64,000 nucleotides of DNA from a virus (taxonomy: Duplodnaviria; Caudoviricetes): IMG/VR virus record IMGVR_UViG_3300020045_018276, positions 6,491 to 70,490 of that record. The stretch is one strand, 5' to 3'. The notes beneath the pieces are model-generated. The model was not told the DNA's origin, searched no databases, and was given only the letters and a program-made list of their open reading frames with translations. Positions 18,380 through 29,249 of the stretch are shown here, one piece after another (position 1 is the stretch's first letter; the number at the start of each line of letters is the position of its first letter). The position numbers and the translations under genes are program-made.

Positions 18380-19423
18380 ATGGCTGAACCGGGAGAAAAC
18401 ACAAACGAAGAAGAAGTAAAAAATGAAGCGCCGGAAGCGGATATTATTGTCACAGATCCGCCAGTCGCTGAAGTATCAACAATAAAAGACGAAGACTTTC
18501 TAAGTCTTGCAAAAGAACGATACGGAAAAGAATTCGGCTCAGTCGATGAAATTTTCGCAGATAAAGCGCCGGTAGAAAAGATTGTGAATCCTTACGAGGA
18601 TATTCTCGATGAAGAAGACAAGCAATACCTGAACTTCAAAAAAGAAACAGGACGTGGAAGAAAAGATTTTGAAGCATTGAATACCGATTACAACGCGATT
18701 GACCCATTACAATTATCACGTGAACGTATCAGAAAAGAATCCGGAATGGATTTGTCTAATGAAGATGCTGACAGATACCTCGCAAAAGAATTGAATATCG
18801 ACCTCGATGATTTGAACGAGATTGATCCACTTGACAAAATAAAATTGAATGCTTATGCCAAGCCCGTCCGCGACGCTTACATAGCAGACAAAGAAAAATA
18901 CAAACAGCCTATTGCTCCGAAAATGCCGGTTGCCGCTGACGAAATTGTCAGATTGGATAACGGTGCTGCAATGAAAAAAGCAGATTACGACAATATGTTG
19001 GTTGAACATCAAAAGCATGTCGAACAAGTTATCGCATCGGCGGACAGCGTCACCGAGGCAAACTTCAAGGTAGTGATTGATGACAATGGAACGCCAAAAG
19101 AATTAAGCTACAAGTATGACTATTCAGTAGAGGACAAGCAGAGTATGGTGTCCAACGCTAAAGACCCGTCAGCTACTGCAGAAAGACTTCTACGTTCCGA
19201 AAAAGGTTTTGATACCGCCGGACTGAACGAGAATATGTTTTGGTTCGACAAAACGCTTAGGGAAAAAGCAATCGCCTCTATTGTCCACAAAGTTCGCTCT
19301 GAGGCAATTGAGGAAGTAACGAAATTGGAGAACAACGTGAACTTTCAAGCAAATCCATTACCGGGCCAAGAGCCAAAAGATGGGGTGAAGATAGTTCCAA
19401 TCTCAGAAATTTTCAAACGCTAA
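18380..19423 (+). CDS. capsid scaffolding protein candidate
   Basis: acidic helical protein immediately upstream of the MCP. Confidence 0.6.
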   Translation: MAEPGENTNEEEVKNEAPEADIIVTDPPVAEVSTIKDEDFLSLAKERYGKEFGSVDEIFADKAPVEKIVNPYEDILDEEDKQYLNFKKETGRGRKDFEALNTDYNAIDPLQLSRERIRKESGMDLSNEDADRYLAKELNIDLDDLNEIDPLDKIKLNAYAKPVRDAYIADKEKYKQPIAPKMPVAADEIVRLDNGAAMKKADYDNMLVEHQKHVEQVIASADSVTEANFKVVIDDNGTPKELSYKYDYSVEDKQSMVSNAKDPSATAERLLRSEKGFDTAGLNENMFWFDKTLREKAIASIVHKVRSEAIEEVTKLENNVNFQANPLPGQEPKDGVKIVPISEIFKR

Positions 19424-19438
19424 AAACCCACAGAAAAC

Positions 19439-20800
19439 ATGGCTTTTTCTTTACAGACAAACAACCTTACAGGGCTTGCTACAATCACGCAGCCCGGCGG
19501 AGTTCTTGCGACAAACGCAAATTACATCACGCTTTATGATTATGCGACGCAGTATCAGCCGGAATTAATCCCTGAATTGCACTACGCAAACGGAAAAGGT
19601 AACATCACTGGAATGCTGGCTTTGCTTGCAGGTGAAAAAACCGCCGCATCTGACGTTGTTCAGCACGCCGAAATGAACCGCTTGATGAACAAGCTTACGA
19701 ACGTTGCCGTTGCTGGAAACGTTTTCACCTCGCCGACTCCACACAATTTACGTCCAAACATGGTGATTAAAATCTCCGATGGTGTAAAAGAAATTCAGGC
19801 TTACGTGACAGTTGTAACTTCTACAACCGTATTCACGGCATTGAATGACAAAGTTGGTGCTTATGGATTCGCAGGAACCGTAGATATCGTAGCCGACTTC
19901 TCGAACCGTTGGGACAAGGGAACAAAATCTTTCGTAAAAGGAAGAACCTGGAACCCGAAATTCTTCAAAAACTACATGCAGATCATCAAGGAACGTTATG
20001 ACATTAACGAGTCCGATATGGCGCACAACATTTGGCTTGATACGCCTGATGGTCCAAGATGGTGTAACGTAGAGTTAGAGAGGACCAACACATTGTTTGA
20101 TAACATCGTTGAGCTTACGCACTTCTTCGGAGAAAGAGCAGAAGATACCGCACCATCAACACTTGCCGGAGTAACGCAGGGTATGAAAGGTATCATCCAG
20201 CAAGTAGAGCAGTACGGAAACGTTGGAAACGACTACATCCAAACTGTTGCAAACTTGCGTGACATCGCCTTGAGAATCAAAGAGCAAGGAATTGATGCGA
20301 CCGAATACTCGTTCTTCTGTAACCACACCCAAATGAATTACTTCAATGACATCTGTTCATTGGTAAGTCCGGCGGCTGTGAATGCAGGAAGTTACGGAGC
20401 ATTCAACAACAGCAAGGATATGGCGTTGAAAATGGACTTTACTTCGGTAGAGGTTTCAGGAATCACGTTCTACTTCAAGCCGTGGAGATTGCTCGACGAC
20501 CCAACGTTATTGGCCACCGGCAAATTTGCGACCACAGGTGTTGCTTACTTCGGAATGCCGATGGGTATTACCACTGTTCAGAATGAGAAAGAAGAAAAAG
20601 TTTCGACTCCTTACTTGTCAATCTACAACAGAGTAAAAGGCAATGTTAACAGAAGACGTAAAGTTCAAATCTTCGGATTGGGCGGTACTGACCAGGAAGT
20701 TGATGCGATGACAATGTTGCTTACTAACGAAAGCACGAATCAGGTTGTTGGAGCGAATGCATTCTTCGTAGGAAGACGCGCAGCAGCTTATTACGCATAA
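19439..20800 (+). CDS. major capsid protein
   Basis: 453 aa, follows the scaffold, strong terminator downstream; QIIKERYDINESDMA and MKGIIQQV resemble crAss-like MCPs. Confidence 0.8.
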   Translation: MAFSLQTNNLTGLATITQPGGVLATNANYITLYDYATQYQPELIPELHYANGKGNITGMLALLAGEKTAASDVVQHAEMNRLMNKLTNVAVAGNVFTSPTPHNLRPNMVIKISDGVKEIQAYVTVVTSTTVFTALNDKVGAYGFAGTVDIVADFSNRWDKGTKSFVKGRTWNPKFFKNYMQIIKERYDINESDMAHNIWLDTPDGPRWCNVELERTNTLFDNIVELTHFFGERAEDTAPSTLAGVTQGMKGIIQQVEQYGNVGNDYIQTVANLRDIALRIKEQGIDATEYSFFCNHTQMNYFNDICSLVSPAAVNAGSYGAFNNSKDMALKMDFTSVEVSGITFYFKPWRLLDDPTLLATGKFATTGVAYFGMPMGITTVQNEKEEKVSTPYLSIYNRVKGNVNRRRKVQIFGLGGTDQEVDAMTMLLTNESTNQVVGANAFFVGRRAAAYYA

Positions 20801-20814
20801 TCAGATTAGGATCT

Positions 20815-20843
20815 AAAAGGGGTTAGAGATAGCCCCTTTTTTT
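20815..20843 (+). terminator. intrinsic terminator after the MCP
   Basis: AAAAGGGGTTA-GAGA-TAGCCCCTTTTTTT. Confidence 0.85.
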
Positions 20844-20868
20844 ATTTATAAATTAAACAAACCACATT

Positions 20869-21765
20869 ATGGGAAAATCAGTAGTTTTTAGATTAATCAC
20901 GGGCGATACACCAGCCTCGTGGACTATCAGCGGGGGAAGCGCAGTGAAAGAAGGAAAAGGACTCAAGAAAATCGATTACTTTCCGGGTTCGGACAGTATT
21001 TTCGTTGAGGACAATAAAGACAACGACATCAAGCCGGAATCGGTAGTATTTCGTTACAATGACGTTTTGAGTGACCCGGCCACTGAGATTATCGTACCGG
21101 AAGAAAACGTGGTTCTTATCAATTATTTGAAAGCATATCCGTTGTTCGGAAAGAAATACGGAATCCATGACGAGGATTTACTTGCTCAATCAAGCGTGGA
21201 CAATTACGACGCGGTTGAACAAGCATTCGGACTTATTCGGGAATCCAACCCTGTGAAACAACAGGCGATGGCTTTGGCGGTTATTGGATCGGAAGTCTAC
21301 GGCTGGTCCGCGGTTAAATGTTCTGCAGCATTGAAAGAGCGCGCAATAAAAAATCCACAGTCTGTAATCAGCAAAATGGAATCTCCGCATTACGAAAGTA
21401 GCTACCTGGCAGCATTAGCTTTCTTCTCCGGTATCGTAAAGGTAAACCCATACGAAACTTCGGTAATTTGGAATGACGGCAAGGAAGGCGAAATTATCCC
21501 ATTAGCGAAAGGTGAAAGAGGTCTTGACAAACTCGGCGATTTCTTGGCCGAGAACACTGACGCGAGCCGTTTGGTATTGCAGGAAATCGGAATCAGGAGC
21601 GATAAATCCGGCAGCGATAAAAAGGCGGCGAATGAGACGCTAGAATCGCTGGAAGGAATTACGCTGGAAGAAGCATATATAAAATTCAAGAATAAATTCG
21701 ATAAAGAAGTGTCTTTGAACAAGAGGAATGACCTCGACTGGATCAAGGCGAAACTTATCGAATAA
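20869..21765 (+). CDS. conserved protein downstream of the MCP (head accessory candidate)
   Basis: 298-aa ORF; position only. Confidence 0.55.
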   Translation: MGKSVVFRLITGDTPASWTISGGSAVKEGKGLKKIDYFPGSDSIFVEDNKDNDIKPESVVFRYNDVLSDPATEIIVPEENVVLINYLKAYPLFGKKYGIHDEDLLAQSSVDNYDAVEQAFGLIRESNPVKQQAMALAVIGSEVYGWSAVKCSAALKERAIKNPQSVISKMESPHYESSYLAALAFFSGIVKVNPYETSVIWNDGKEGEIIPLAKGERGLDKLGDFLAENTDASRLVLQEIGIRSDKSGSDKKAANETLESLEGITLEEAYIKFKNKFDKEVSLNKRNDLDWIKAKLIE

Positions 21766-21804
21766 CAATACCAATTCGTTTGGTGCGCTTTTTCCCGAAA
21801 GTGG

Positions 21805-21835
21805 AAAGCCCTTGCATTTATGTAGGGGCTTTTTT
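21805..21835. terminator. bidirectional terminator
   Basis: AAAGCCCTTGCA-TTTA-TGTAGGGGCTTTTTT between convergent genes. Confidence 0.75.
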
Positions 21836-22454
21836 ATTGGTAGATACCGAGTTGTTTATTGAATTGTTTACGAAGGGAAAGTCTTTCAGCAAGGGAATAT
21901 TTTCGATCCTGCAAACGCAACCGCTTCACTATTCCGCGCGCCAAAAATATCTTCTCTTTGATTTCGTCTACGGAAAGCTTAATAGGCGGAATTGATTGAA
22001 GACCATTTAAGTACTCCAAATAATCTTTGCCAAACAATCTTACTATTCCTTCCTGATAACGGAGCGTGTCACCTGATTTCCAAGTATTCGAGTGTTCAGA
22101 TTGCAGCCAAATGTTTTCAAGATGAAAACGTATTGTCGGGTTGGCTAAAGTTCCGATGTAGTGTCCGGCATTCACCTTTCCTGTTGTTGCGCCTGTTGCT
22201 ATACAAGGCCATTGGAAATCGATTATTCGAACTATAAGGTTTATTTCTTTTTGTAAATCAGCCTTCCAATCGGCCAGACTTTTAAGTTTTTCTTTGAGCA
22301 GGGATTTTTCAGCTCTCCATTCCTTCGCGTTTTTCTTCGCGGTAACGTCCTTAGCAAAAACAGTAAAAGCAGAAATGCATTCGTCTTTCTCCATGCAAAA
22401 CTTCTGAAGAAAAAATTTGGGCTCAAACCTGTCTCCGCAGCATTTACACCTCAT
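21834..22454 (-). CDS. ninG: NinG/Rap-family recombination endonuclease
   Basis: RCKCC..F.PK..LQKFC, PCIA, AGHY, RFHLENIWLQSEHSN motifs. Confidence 0.85.
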   Translation of the reverse strand: MRCKCCGDRFEPKFFLQKFCMEKDECISAFTVFAKDVTAKKNAKEWRAEKSLLKEKLKSLADWKADLQKEINLIVRIIDFQWPCIATGATTGKVNAGHYIGTLANPTIRFHLENIWLQSEHSNTWKSGDTLRYQEGIVRLFGKDYLEYLNGLQSIPPIKLSVDEIKEKIFLARGIVKRLRLQDRKYSLAERLSLRKQFNKQLGIYQ

Positions 22455-22686
22455 ACTTCACCTTCTTTTTGTCGAGAATACTTTCGGGAGCCGTTAAAAA
22501 ATATGATGGATGATCAGTTTTCGGATTAAAAGGCGGAACCTTTCTAATCGAACAATCCGATTTTGGAAACCATTCAATGCGACTAGCGGAAGTATTTCGT
22601 CCGTTCTCATCAAATAACAGATCGACCAAGCAGCCGATATGCGTTGCACTTTCCCTTACGCTACTTACCTGTACTGTCTTCATCAT
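22444..22686 (-). CDS. hypothetical protein
   Basis: 80-aa ORF coupled to its neighbours. Confidence 0.5.
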   Translation of the reverse strand: MMKTVQVSSVRESATHIGCLVDLLFDENGRNTSASRIEWFPKSDCSIRKVPPFNPKTDHPSYFLTAPESILDKKKVKYEV

Positions 22687-22885
22687 TTATAAGTTCTTCG
22701 ATTATTGCATTGTTGATGTAATTGTTCGGAGCCATGTTTCTCCAATATTCCACACTTTGATTTTTACAAATCATATATCCGTTTTCAATTGCCGCCCGAT
22801 TAGCGGCCTTCAGTGTGAGATTTTGTTGAACCCGATTCATTTGTTTAAAAACCTTTGAGTTTTCTATCCGTTTTCTTAAAGACAT
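22661..22885 (-). CDS. hypothetical protein
   Basis: 74-aa ORF, first gene after a minus-strand -7 box. Confidence 0.55.
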   Translation of the reverse strand: MSLRKRIENSKVFKQMNRVQQNLTLKAANRAAIENGYMICKNQSVEYWRNMAPNNYINNAIIEELINDEDSTGK

Positions 22886-22900
22886 AATTGTTTGGTTTGA

Positions 22901-22986
22901 TACAAATCTACTACAAAATTTTACATTATTTTACACGATTTTACATTATTTGTAGTTTTTGTATATTGATTTTCTATACTTTTGTA
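22901..22986. promoter_or_regulatory. divergent promoter region with TACA array
   Basis: TACA at 22901, 22912, 22922, 22932, 22942, then inverted TGTA; minus-strand TAGATTTG at 22903-22910. Confidence 0.65.
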
Positions 22987-23012
22987 GAATACAATAGATA
23001 ACCCCTATCGCT

Positions 23013-23717
23013 ATGATTCCTGTTGATTTGTTTTATAAAACCTTACTGACCAACGCGAACAGCGATATCCGTGGGAACATCACTCCGACTGAACTCACTC
23101 TCATTTTAAACGATAAGGTTAATGAGATTTATGAGGAATACTTTTCCGATAAGACACGAATGCTCAACAGGCAGAATCGTGGGTTGATGGCTGGCGGAAC
23201 CGCAAATATCCCGGACCGTATCGATGAAAAAATAAATCACTTCCTTACTGAGGCAACTATGGTTTACGCAGCACCAATATTCACGTTGCCTGCCGACCAC
23301 AGATGGACCGACGCGATATTTTACGATACAATTAACGAAGTCGAAATGTGCGCGACAACCAAGAAATTTAATCTTCTTTCAAACTTTATCCATACGAAGC
23401 CGACCACAACAACTCCAATCGGATTGAAGACAGGAGGCGGAATTAAAATAGCTCCATCAACTATCGTAAATAATATCACTATTTCATATCTCAGAAATCC
23501 GCTGATAGGTAAATGGACTTTTCAGGTAGTGAGCGGCGCAGAACTTTACAATCCAAGCGCCGGCGATCACCAAGATATCGACTTGCATCCAAGCGAATTC
23601 AACAATTTGGTAATCCGGGTACTGCAAGGTTTTGGACAGAATTTAAAAGAAACCGATTTGCAGAACGTGACGCAGAATGAAAAGACCATGGATTTTAACA
23701 ACGAAAATCAATCATAA
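23013..23717 (+). CDS. tail ring / head-tail connector protein
   Basis: position; ITISYLRNP...WTF and DLHPSEF resemble crAss-like ring proteins. Confidence 0.6.
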   Translation: MIPVDLFYKTLLTNANSDIRGNITPTELTLILNDKVNEIYEEYFSDKTRMLNRQNRGLMAGGTANIPDRIDEKINHFLTEATMVYAAPIFTLPADHRWTDAIFYDTINEVEMCATTKKFNLLSNFIHTKPTTTTPIGLKTGGGIKIAPSTIVNNITISYLRNPLIGKWTFQVVSGAELYNPSAGDHQDIDLHPSEFNNLVIRVLQGFGQNLKETDLQNVTQNEKTMDFNNENQS

Positions 23718-24559
23718 TGGCAGTTACTCCTTTTCAATATTACGAAGGCGACGATTCCCAACACGGGAACTATCAATACGTTTCTGCTAAGGATATTCTC
23801 GACGCTATGGAATTTGAGGCGCTCGACGAGGATTCATATTTAAAAACGGTCCCGCGGTCAAAATTACTATATCATCTGCGGCAGGGAATAAAAGAAGTTA
23901 CGCGTCGTGCGGCAAATGAAATCCTGGCGATTGAATTTACGGTTCCGGATAATCTCGTATGGACTTTACCGCAGGATTATTTGGATTACAAACGCATTTC
24001 GGTAGTTGTGATGGAGAATGGAACGCGCAGATTGCAACCTCTTGATATTAATTCAAGTATCAATACTGGTACCGGTTATTTGCAGGACAATAACTGGAAA
24101 ATCCTTTTCGACAACAACGGTAAAATCCTTACTGCAGATTCGGCGAACGCATACGCTTTCCCTTATAAAACCTATGAATTCTGTGAGGCTGGCGGACAGG
24201 GAAATCTCGACACCTCAAAACTAAGCCAGTACGGTGAATTTAAAATCGACAAAAGACGCGGGAAGATTTTATTCAGCTCTCAATTATCTGACTGTGAAGT
24301 AGTGCTGGAATACGATTCTGACGGGTTACAGGCCGATTTGACCGATAGCGAAATCACGATCCACAAAGATATTGAGCAATGCGTAAAGGACTGGATTTAT
24401 ACTGAGGCGATTTCCATGAAAAGAAACGTTCCCGCAAACGAAAAGATGCGCGCGCGTCAACGATACAAAACCTCTTTACACCAATCGAAACTTGACCAAA
24501 TTGACCTCAATCTATTACAGATCAATAGGACTATGCGAACCAAAACTATGACTCCGTAA
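23717..24559 (+). CDS. tail ring protein 2
   Basis: GNYQYVS, LPQDYLDYKRIS, VVLEYDSDGL; coupled to the previous gene. Confidence 0.6.
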   Translation: MAVTPFQYYEGDDSQHGNYQYVSAKDILDAMEFEALDEDSYLKTVPRSKLLYHLRQGIKEVTRRAANEILAIEFTVPDNLVWTLPQDYLDYKRISVVVMENGTRRLQPLDINSSINTGTGYLQDNNWKILFDNNGKILTADSANAYAFPYKTYEFCEAGGQGNLDTSKLSQYGEFKIDKRRGKILFSSQLSDCEVVLEYDSDGLQADLTDSEITIHKDIEQCVKDWIYTEAISMKRNVPANEKMRARQRYKTSLHQSKLDQIDLNLLQINRTMRTKTMTP

Positions 24560-27500
24560 TGGCAAATACCCGCAGAACCTTCGTCCGGGGTAAGATGGAC
24601 AAAGATAATGACGAAAGGAGCTTGCCGGATGGCGCATACCGTCACGCCGAGAACGTCATCATATTAAACTCCGAAGGCTCGGAAGTCGGCTCGGTCCAAA
24701 ACTCTCTCTCGAACAAACAACTCACAAATTATGATTTCGGAACCAACGTCAAATGTAATCTTGGTTACTGCGACGAGGCCGAGGATAAAATCTATTGGTT
24801 CATTATTTCAAGCAACGGATGTTATCTTGTAGAATGGAATAATCGCAATACAGTTTTGTCAATTGTATTGGCAGATACCCGCGCAATCGGTTCACGTGTA
24901 TTGGATTTAAACGAAAACTTTCTTATTACCGGTATCGAAAAAATAATATCCGAAGACACCAAAGAAGATTTGTTGATTTGGACCGATGACAACATGGAGC
25001 CTTGCTGCGTGAATATCGAACGCGCGAAAACATGGCCCGTTAACGGATTCGTTGAAGAAGATATTTTACTTATTAAAAAACCGCCAAGATACGCTCCGAG
25101 CATATTGCCGATTTACTCGAATGAACTTAGTAATTACATTGAAGAAAAATTCCTTTCAATATCTTATCGTTACAAATACCGTGACGGTGAAAGAAGCGCG
25201 CTTTCCTCCTATTCAAACTACCAATTCAATCCAAAACCGTTTAAGTTAGACTACCAAACCGTAGAGAATTTGGGGATGGTCAATGCTTTTAACGCGATTC
25301 GTATTGGATTCAATACAGGAGAGCCACAAGTAACAGATATCGAAATCATTGTCAAGAACAGCAACTCGAACGCGTTATACTTGATCGCCTCATTCAATAA
25401 AATCAAAGAAGGATGGGCGGATAATGACCTGAAAAATATTTCATTCTCGAACAATAAACTTTACAGCGTACTAGCCTCCAAAGAATTGTATCGTGCATTT
25501 GATAATGTACCCCTGAAAGCAAAAGCACTGTCGCTAATCGGGAACCGTCCTGTATTTGGAAATTATCTTGAAGGCCGCGATATCGTCGACGCAAATAAAA
25601 ATAAAATCAAACTTGACTACGAGGTTGCACTGAACAGTGAAAGTATTGAAGGCACAGCGCTCACAACTTCATTTGAAGACGAATTCCTGACAATTAATAT
25701 TCCTTCCGATATTGTCTTGACGACCGGTAACAGGCTTTCGTTTACAATTGAAATGGAGTCGTTGTTGTATAACGGTAAATATAGTGCCGAATTCGACTAT
25801 ATCTTAACGGCTGATTTTGCCGATGCAAATGCATTGGCCGTCGACCCTGACTTTATCCAGTTTATTGAGATTGCCATTAAAAACGATTTCCTTCAGCGTT
25901 ACACTATTGATTTACTGACAGGATGGGTTTACGACTCGGAAGTTACATTTACGATAAGCGCATCTACATCAACATCAATTACCATACAAGGAATCAAATT
26001 AATATTCCAGGTTGACGACACGCCGCTTGACCCCGAAGATGATGTCTTTCATACGGAAGAAGTACAATTTAATTTCATCGCCGGAAACCTCGCTAAATAT
26101 TACAAGAATGAAAGCGTGTCTTCGTTGAAAACAAACCGCGATTACGAGGCGGCGATTATTTATCTCGATAAATACAATCGAAGCACTACCGTCTTGGCCG
26201 GATTCAACAATACTATTTATATCCAACAGAAATATTCAACAAGCAAAAACCGATTGCAATTAGCAATCAATCATCCTGCGCCGTATTGGGCAGACAGGTA
26301 CAAGATTGTTATAAAGCAACAGGAATTAAGCTACCAAACAATCTACGCTACAACTTTTTACGAGGACGGAATTTTTCGTTGGGTAAAACTTGACGGTGAA
26401 AATCACGACAAGGTAAAACAGGGAGATATCCTGATTTTGAAAAAGGGTCGATATGATGCTGCCGAAAACGTGATAAAAGTAAAAGTCATTGAGGTCGTTC
26501 AGCAGCCTGAAAATTTCTTAGGGACAAATGTTACTTCTTTCGGACTTCCAATAACTGAGCGCGCAGGACTATACATGAAGATTAAGCCAACTGGCTTTTC
26601 CATGAATTACGAAGAAGATGAATTTTATGCCTCCGCCGGCTACGGGGAAGCATCAAATGATCGTCCTTACGCATTCAGCCCATTATTTACAAAAGAAAAT
26701 CCTCCTGGAACTTTTACGGATATTCCTATTAGGGCCGGTTATGTAATTACCATCATTCTATCAAGCAGCGGACGAGGCGACACAGGCTACTTCGAGCACG
26801 ATTATATTGTCCAAAATGATTACGACAACATACAAGATTGGTTCATCGAAAATGTGCAAGGCACATTAATATTGGCGCATGAGGGCCAAGTCTATTCAAA
26901 TGTAAATATCGTCAGAGGCTTTGTCAACACTGCGTTTCAAGGAATTATCACAAGCTTGACTTATGCAGATCCGGGCTATTTATTTCTACAAGCGGAAGGC
27001 GTGATAGCCGGAAACGGAATGAAACGTAAGGGCTACCTGAATACATTGGTTACAATTAGGGCTTCCGACGCGATGTTCATTTTCGAAACCGAACCAAAAG
27101 TATCTGATAGTAACGTATATTACGAAACCGAAGAAACATTCGATATCATCAACGGAGAACATCAGGGAAATTTCGGTGTAACGCCAAATCAGGATATTGC
27201 GACCATGCAGCCCGCGAATCTATTGCTTGACTTTTTCAATTGCTATGTTCAAGGAAACGGCGCCGAAAGTTATCGTGTCAAAGACGCTTTACTGAAACCG
27301 TTTTTAAACGTCGATTTAAGACCTTCCGCAACTTCCGTGGAAGAATACAAAGCAGTGAGGAGATATGCTGACCTGACTTATGGGGAAGCGTTTATCGAAA
27401 GCACGAACATGAACGGGCTGAATGAATTTAATCTGTCTACCGGAAATTTCAAAGAACTCGACAAGCAATACGGCAGCATCCAAAAACTGATCAGCCGGGA

Positions 27501-29247
27501 CAATGACTTAGTTGTCTTGCAGGAAGAAAAATCATCAAAGGTACTGTTCGGTCGCGATGCTTTATATAATGCAGACGGAAGCGCAAACATCACTTCTATA
27601 AAAAATGTGCTCGGCGCCCAGGTGACTTATCTTGGAGAGAACGGAATCGGGAAGCATCCTGAAAGCGTTGCGGTTTACGATTATCAAATCTATTCCGCAA
27701 ATCCATTGAGAGGCGTCATGCAACGTCTTTCAATTGACGGTATTACGGAAATTGTCGATACCATGCTTGATTGGTGGAGGGACTTATTCAGGCTTCAGCC
27801 AAACGCGAAAATGATTGGGGCCATCGACCCATATCTTAAACAATACGTTTATTCGGTCGGAGAAGAACCGGTTCGCGTCTATGAATTGGAATGCGGGAAT
27901 ACGATTGTTAAAAATAATCAGTCGGAGCCGTTCACTTACACCTTGAATCTTAACGAAATGATTGGAGATATTGATTTTAACTACAATATCACCGAAGGAA
28001 ATGTTACGATAGTCGCCACGTACAATTCAATCGATACCGTTGTTTCAAATGTTACGGGCGAGGGAGTATTGACCATTTACAGAAATAATCTTTCAGTCGA
28101 TACCGTGACGATTACAATCACGCCTATATCTGACGCCGCGAGTTATGAAATTACAAACTTGTGTCCTGTCGGGATAGCGATGACAATTGTTTCTATGGTG
28201 GTTAATGATTCCGGTGACTTGACCAAGACAATAAATAACCGTTTCAGATGGAGCGGTGGCGCTTTCTTTAACTCGAACGATATCTTCGATGATGTCCCTG
28301 TAAGCAGATTCGATGTTGAGACGGGCGTTGAAGGGGTTGGTAAGTTTCCGGCCAGCGGTTCAATCGTTAATTTGCAAAGTTTTAAGGACGCTTCTGCGAC
28401 AGGATTATTGAATATCGAGCAATGCAACAGGATCGGGTACTTGGTTTCCTCAACTATCTATACTGATGCTGATTTTCAAACTATACTGGATGCCGCAACG
28501 TTTGTCTCCTTAACCACAACTACTCCGGGAGTCGGCACATCGCAAAGCTCAGGCAATTTCCTTTTCAACAGGACTGACCCAAGTGAAATACTTTATCTTA
28601 TTTGGGATTATACTGACCGCGCTCCTGTTCTTGTAGATGATAGCGTGGCTGTGGAAATCGGAGAAAGCTTTACAATCGACTCATTGCTTAATGACACAGG
28701 AGTCGAAGACGGAATTGTTACGATTGCCACCGAACCGGAACATGGAACCGCAGTAGTTAATGTAGACAATACAATAACTTACGAAAATGATGGTGAGGAT
28801 TTCACGTCCGATACGATTGTGTATCAGGTTTCCGATGGAGATTGTTCATCCCAAGCAACAATTACCATTAACATTTTTGATCCTAACAATTATTGTGTTG
28901 TATGGAATTCGGAAAATGCTGGAAATATTAAGATGGAATTGCAAGGTGAAATCAATTTATCTGAGCTTTTGGCCGGCAGAACTATTTCATTTGTTTCGGG
29001 TTCGATAACCGAATATAGAATTGACGGAGTTGACGTGCCGTGTTCAATACCGATGACGCATAATGCTACTAAACTGTTATTTGAAGAAAATGATTTACCG
29101 ACTGTAACCGACCGGGTATTGACCCAAATAACATTTAGCGCTGATATTATTTTTAATGACGCCTCCGAACTATCAATTTCAGGAATCAAGACGGCGGTTT
29201 CTATTCCTGGTGTTCAAATGACTGCTGAATATAACGACTGCGATTAA
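24559..29247 (+). CDS. tail nozzle/stabilisation protein with a C-terminal Ig-like (cadherin/Big) domain
   Basis: TFVRGKMDKDNDER N-terminus and LKTNRDYE typical of this class; DDSV...LLND...EPEHGT...TITY...YQVSDG Ig-like motif. Confidence 0.7.
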   Translation: MANTRRTFVRGKMDKDNDERSLPDGAYRHAENVIILNSEGSEVGSVQNSLSNKQLTNYDFGTNVKCNLGYCDEAEDKIYWFIISSNGCYLVEWNNRNTVLSIVLADTRAIGSRVLDLNENFLITGIEKIISEDTKEDLLIWTDDNMEPCCVNIERAKTWPVNGFVEEDILLIKKPPRYAPSILPIYSNELSNYIEEKFLSISYRYKYRDGERSALSSYSNYQFNPKPFKLDYQTVENLGMVNAFNAIRIGFNTGEPQVTDIEIIVKNSNSNALYLIASFNKIKEGWADNDLKNISFSNNKLYSVLASKELYRAFDNVPLKAKALSLIGNRPVFGNYLEGRDIVDANKNKIKLDYEVALNSESIEGTALTTSFEDEFLTINIPSDIVLTTGNRLSFTIEMESLLYNGKYSAEFDYILTADFADANALAVDPDFIQFIEIAIKNDFLQRYTIDLLTGWVYDSEVTFTISASTSTSITIQGIKLIFQVDDTPLDPEDDVFHTEEVQFNFIAGNLAKYYKNESVSSLKTNRDYEAAIIYLDKYNRSTTVLAGFNNTIYIQQKYSTSKNRLQLAINHPAPYWADRYKIVIKQQELSYQTIYATTFYEDGIFRWVKLDGENHDKVKQGDILILKKGRYDAAENVIKVKVIEVVQQPENFLGTNVTSFGLPITERAGLYMKIKPTGFSMNYEEDEFYASAGYGEASNDRPYAFSPLFTKENPPGTFTDIPIRAGYVITIILSSSGRGDTGYFEHDYIVQNDYDNIQDWFIENVQGTLILAHEGQVYSNVNIVRGFVNTAFQGIITSLTYADPGYLFLQAEGVIAGNGMKRKGYLNTLVTIRASDAMFIFETEPKVSDSNVYYETEETFDIINGEHQGNFGVTPNQDIATMQPANLLLDFFNCYVQGNGAESYRVKDALLKPFLNVDLRPSATSVEEYKAVRRYADLTYGEAFIESTNMNGLNEFNLSTGNFKELDKQYGSIQKLISRDNDLVVLQEEKSSKVLFGRDALYNADGSANITSIKNVLGAQVTYLGENGIGKHPESVAVYDYQIYSANPLRGVMQRLSIDGITEIVDTMLDWWRDLFRLQPNAKMIGAIDPYLKQYVYSVGEEPVRVYELECGNTIVKNNQSEPFTYTLNLNEMIGDIDFNYNITEGNVTIVATYNSIDTVVSNVTGEGVLTIYRNNLSVDTVTITITPISDAASYEITNLCPVGIAMTIVSMVVNDSGDLTKTINNRFRWSGGAFFNSNDIFDDVPVSRFDVETGVEGVGKFPASGSIVNLQSFKDASATGLLNIEQCNRIGYLVSSTIYTDADFQTILDAATFVSLTTTTPGVGTSQSSGNFLFNRTDPSEILYLIWDYTDRAPVLVDDSVAVEIGESFTIDSLLNDTGVEDGIVTIATEPEHGTAVVNVDNTITYENDGEDFTSDTIVYQVSDGDCSSQATITINIFDPNNYCVVWNSENAGNIKMELQGEINLSELLAGRTISFVSGSITEYRIDGVDVPCSIPMTHNATKLLFEENDLPTVTDRVLTQITFSADIIFNDASELSISGIKTAVSIPGVQMTAEYNDCD

Positions 29248-29249
29248 CC

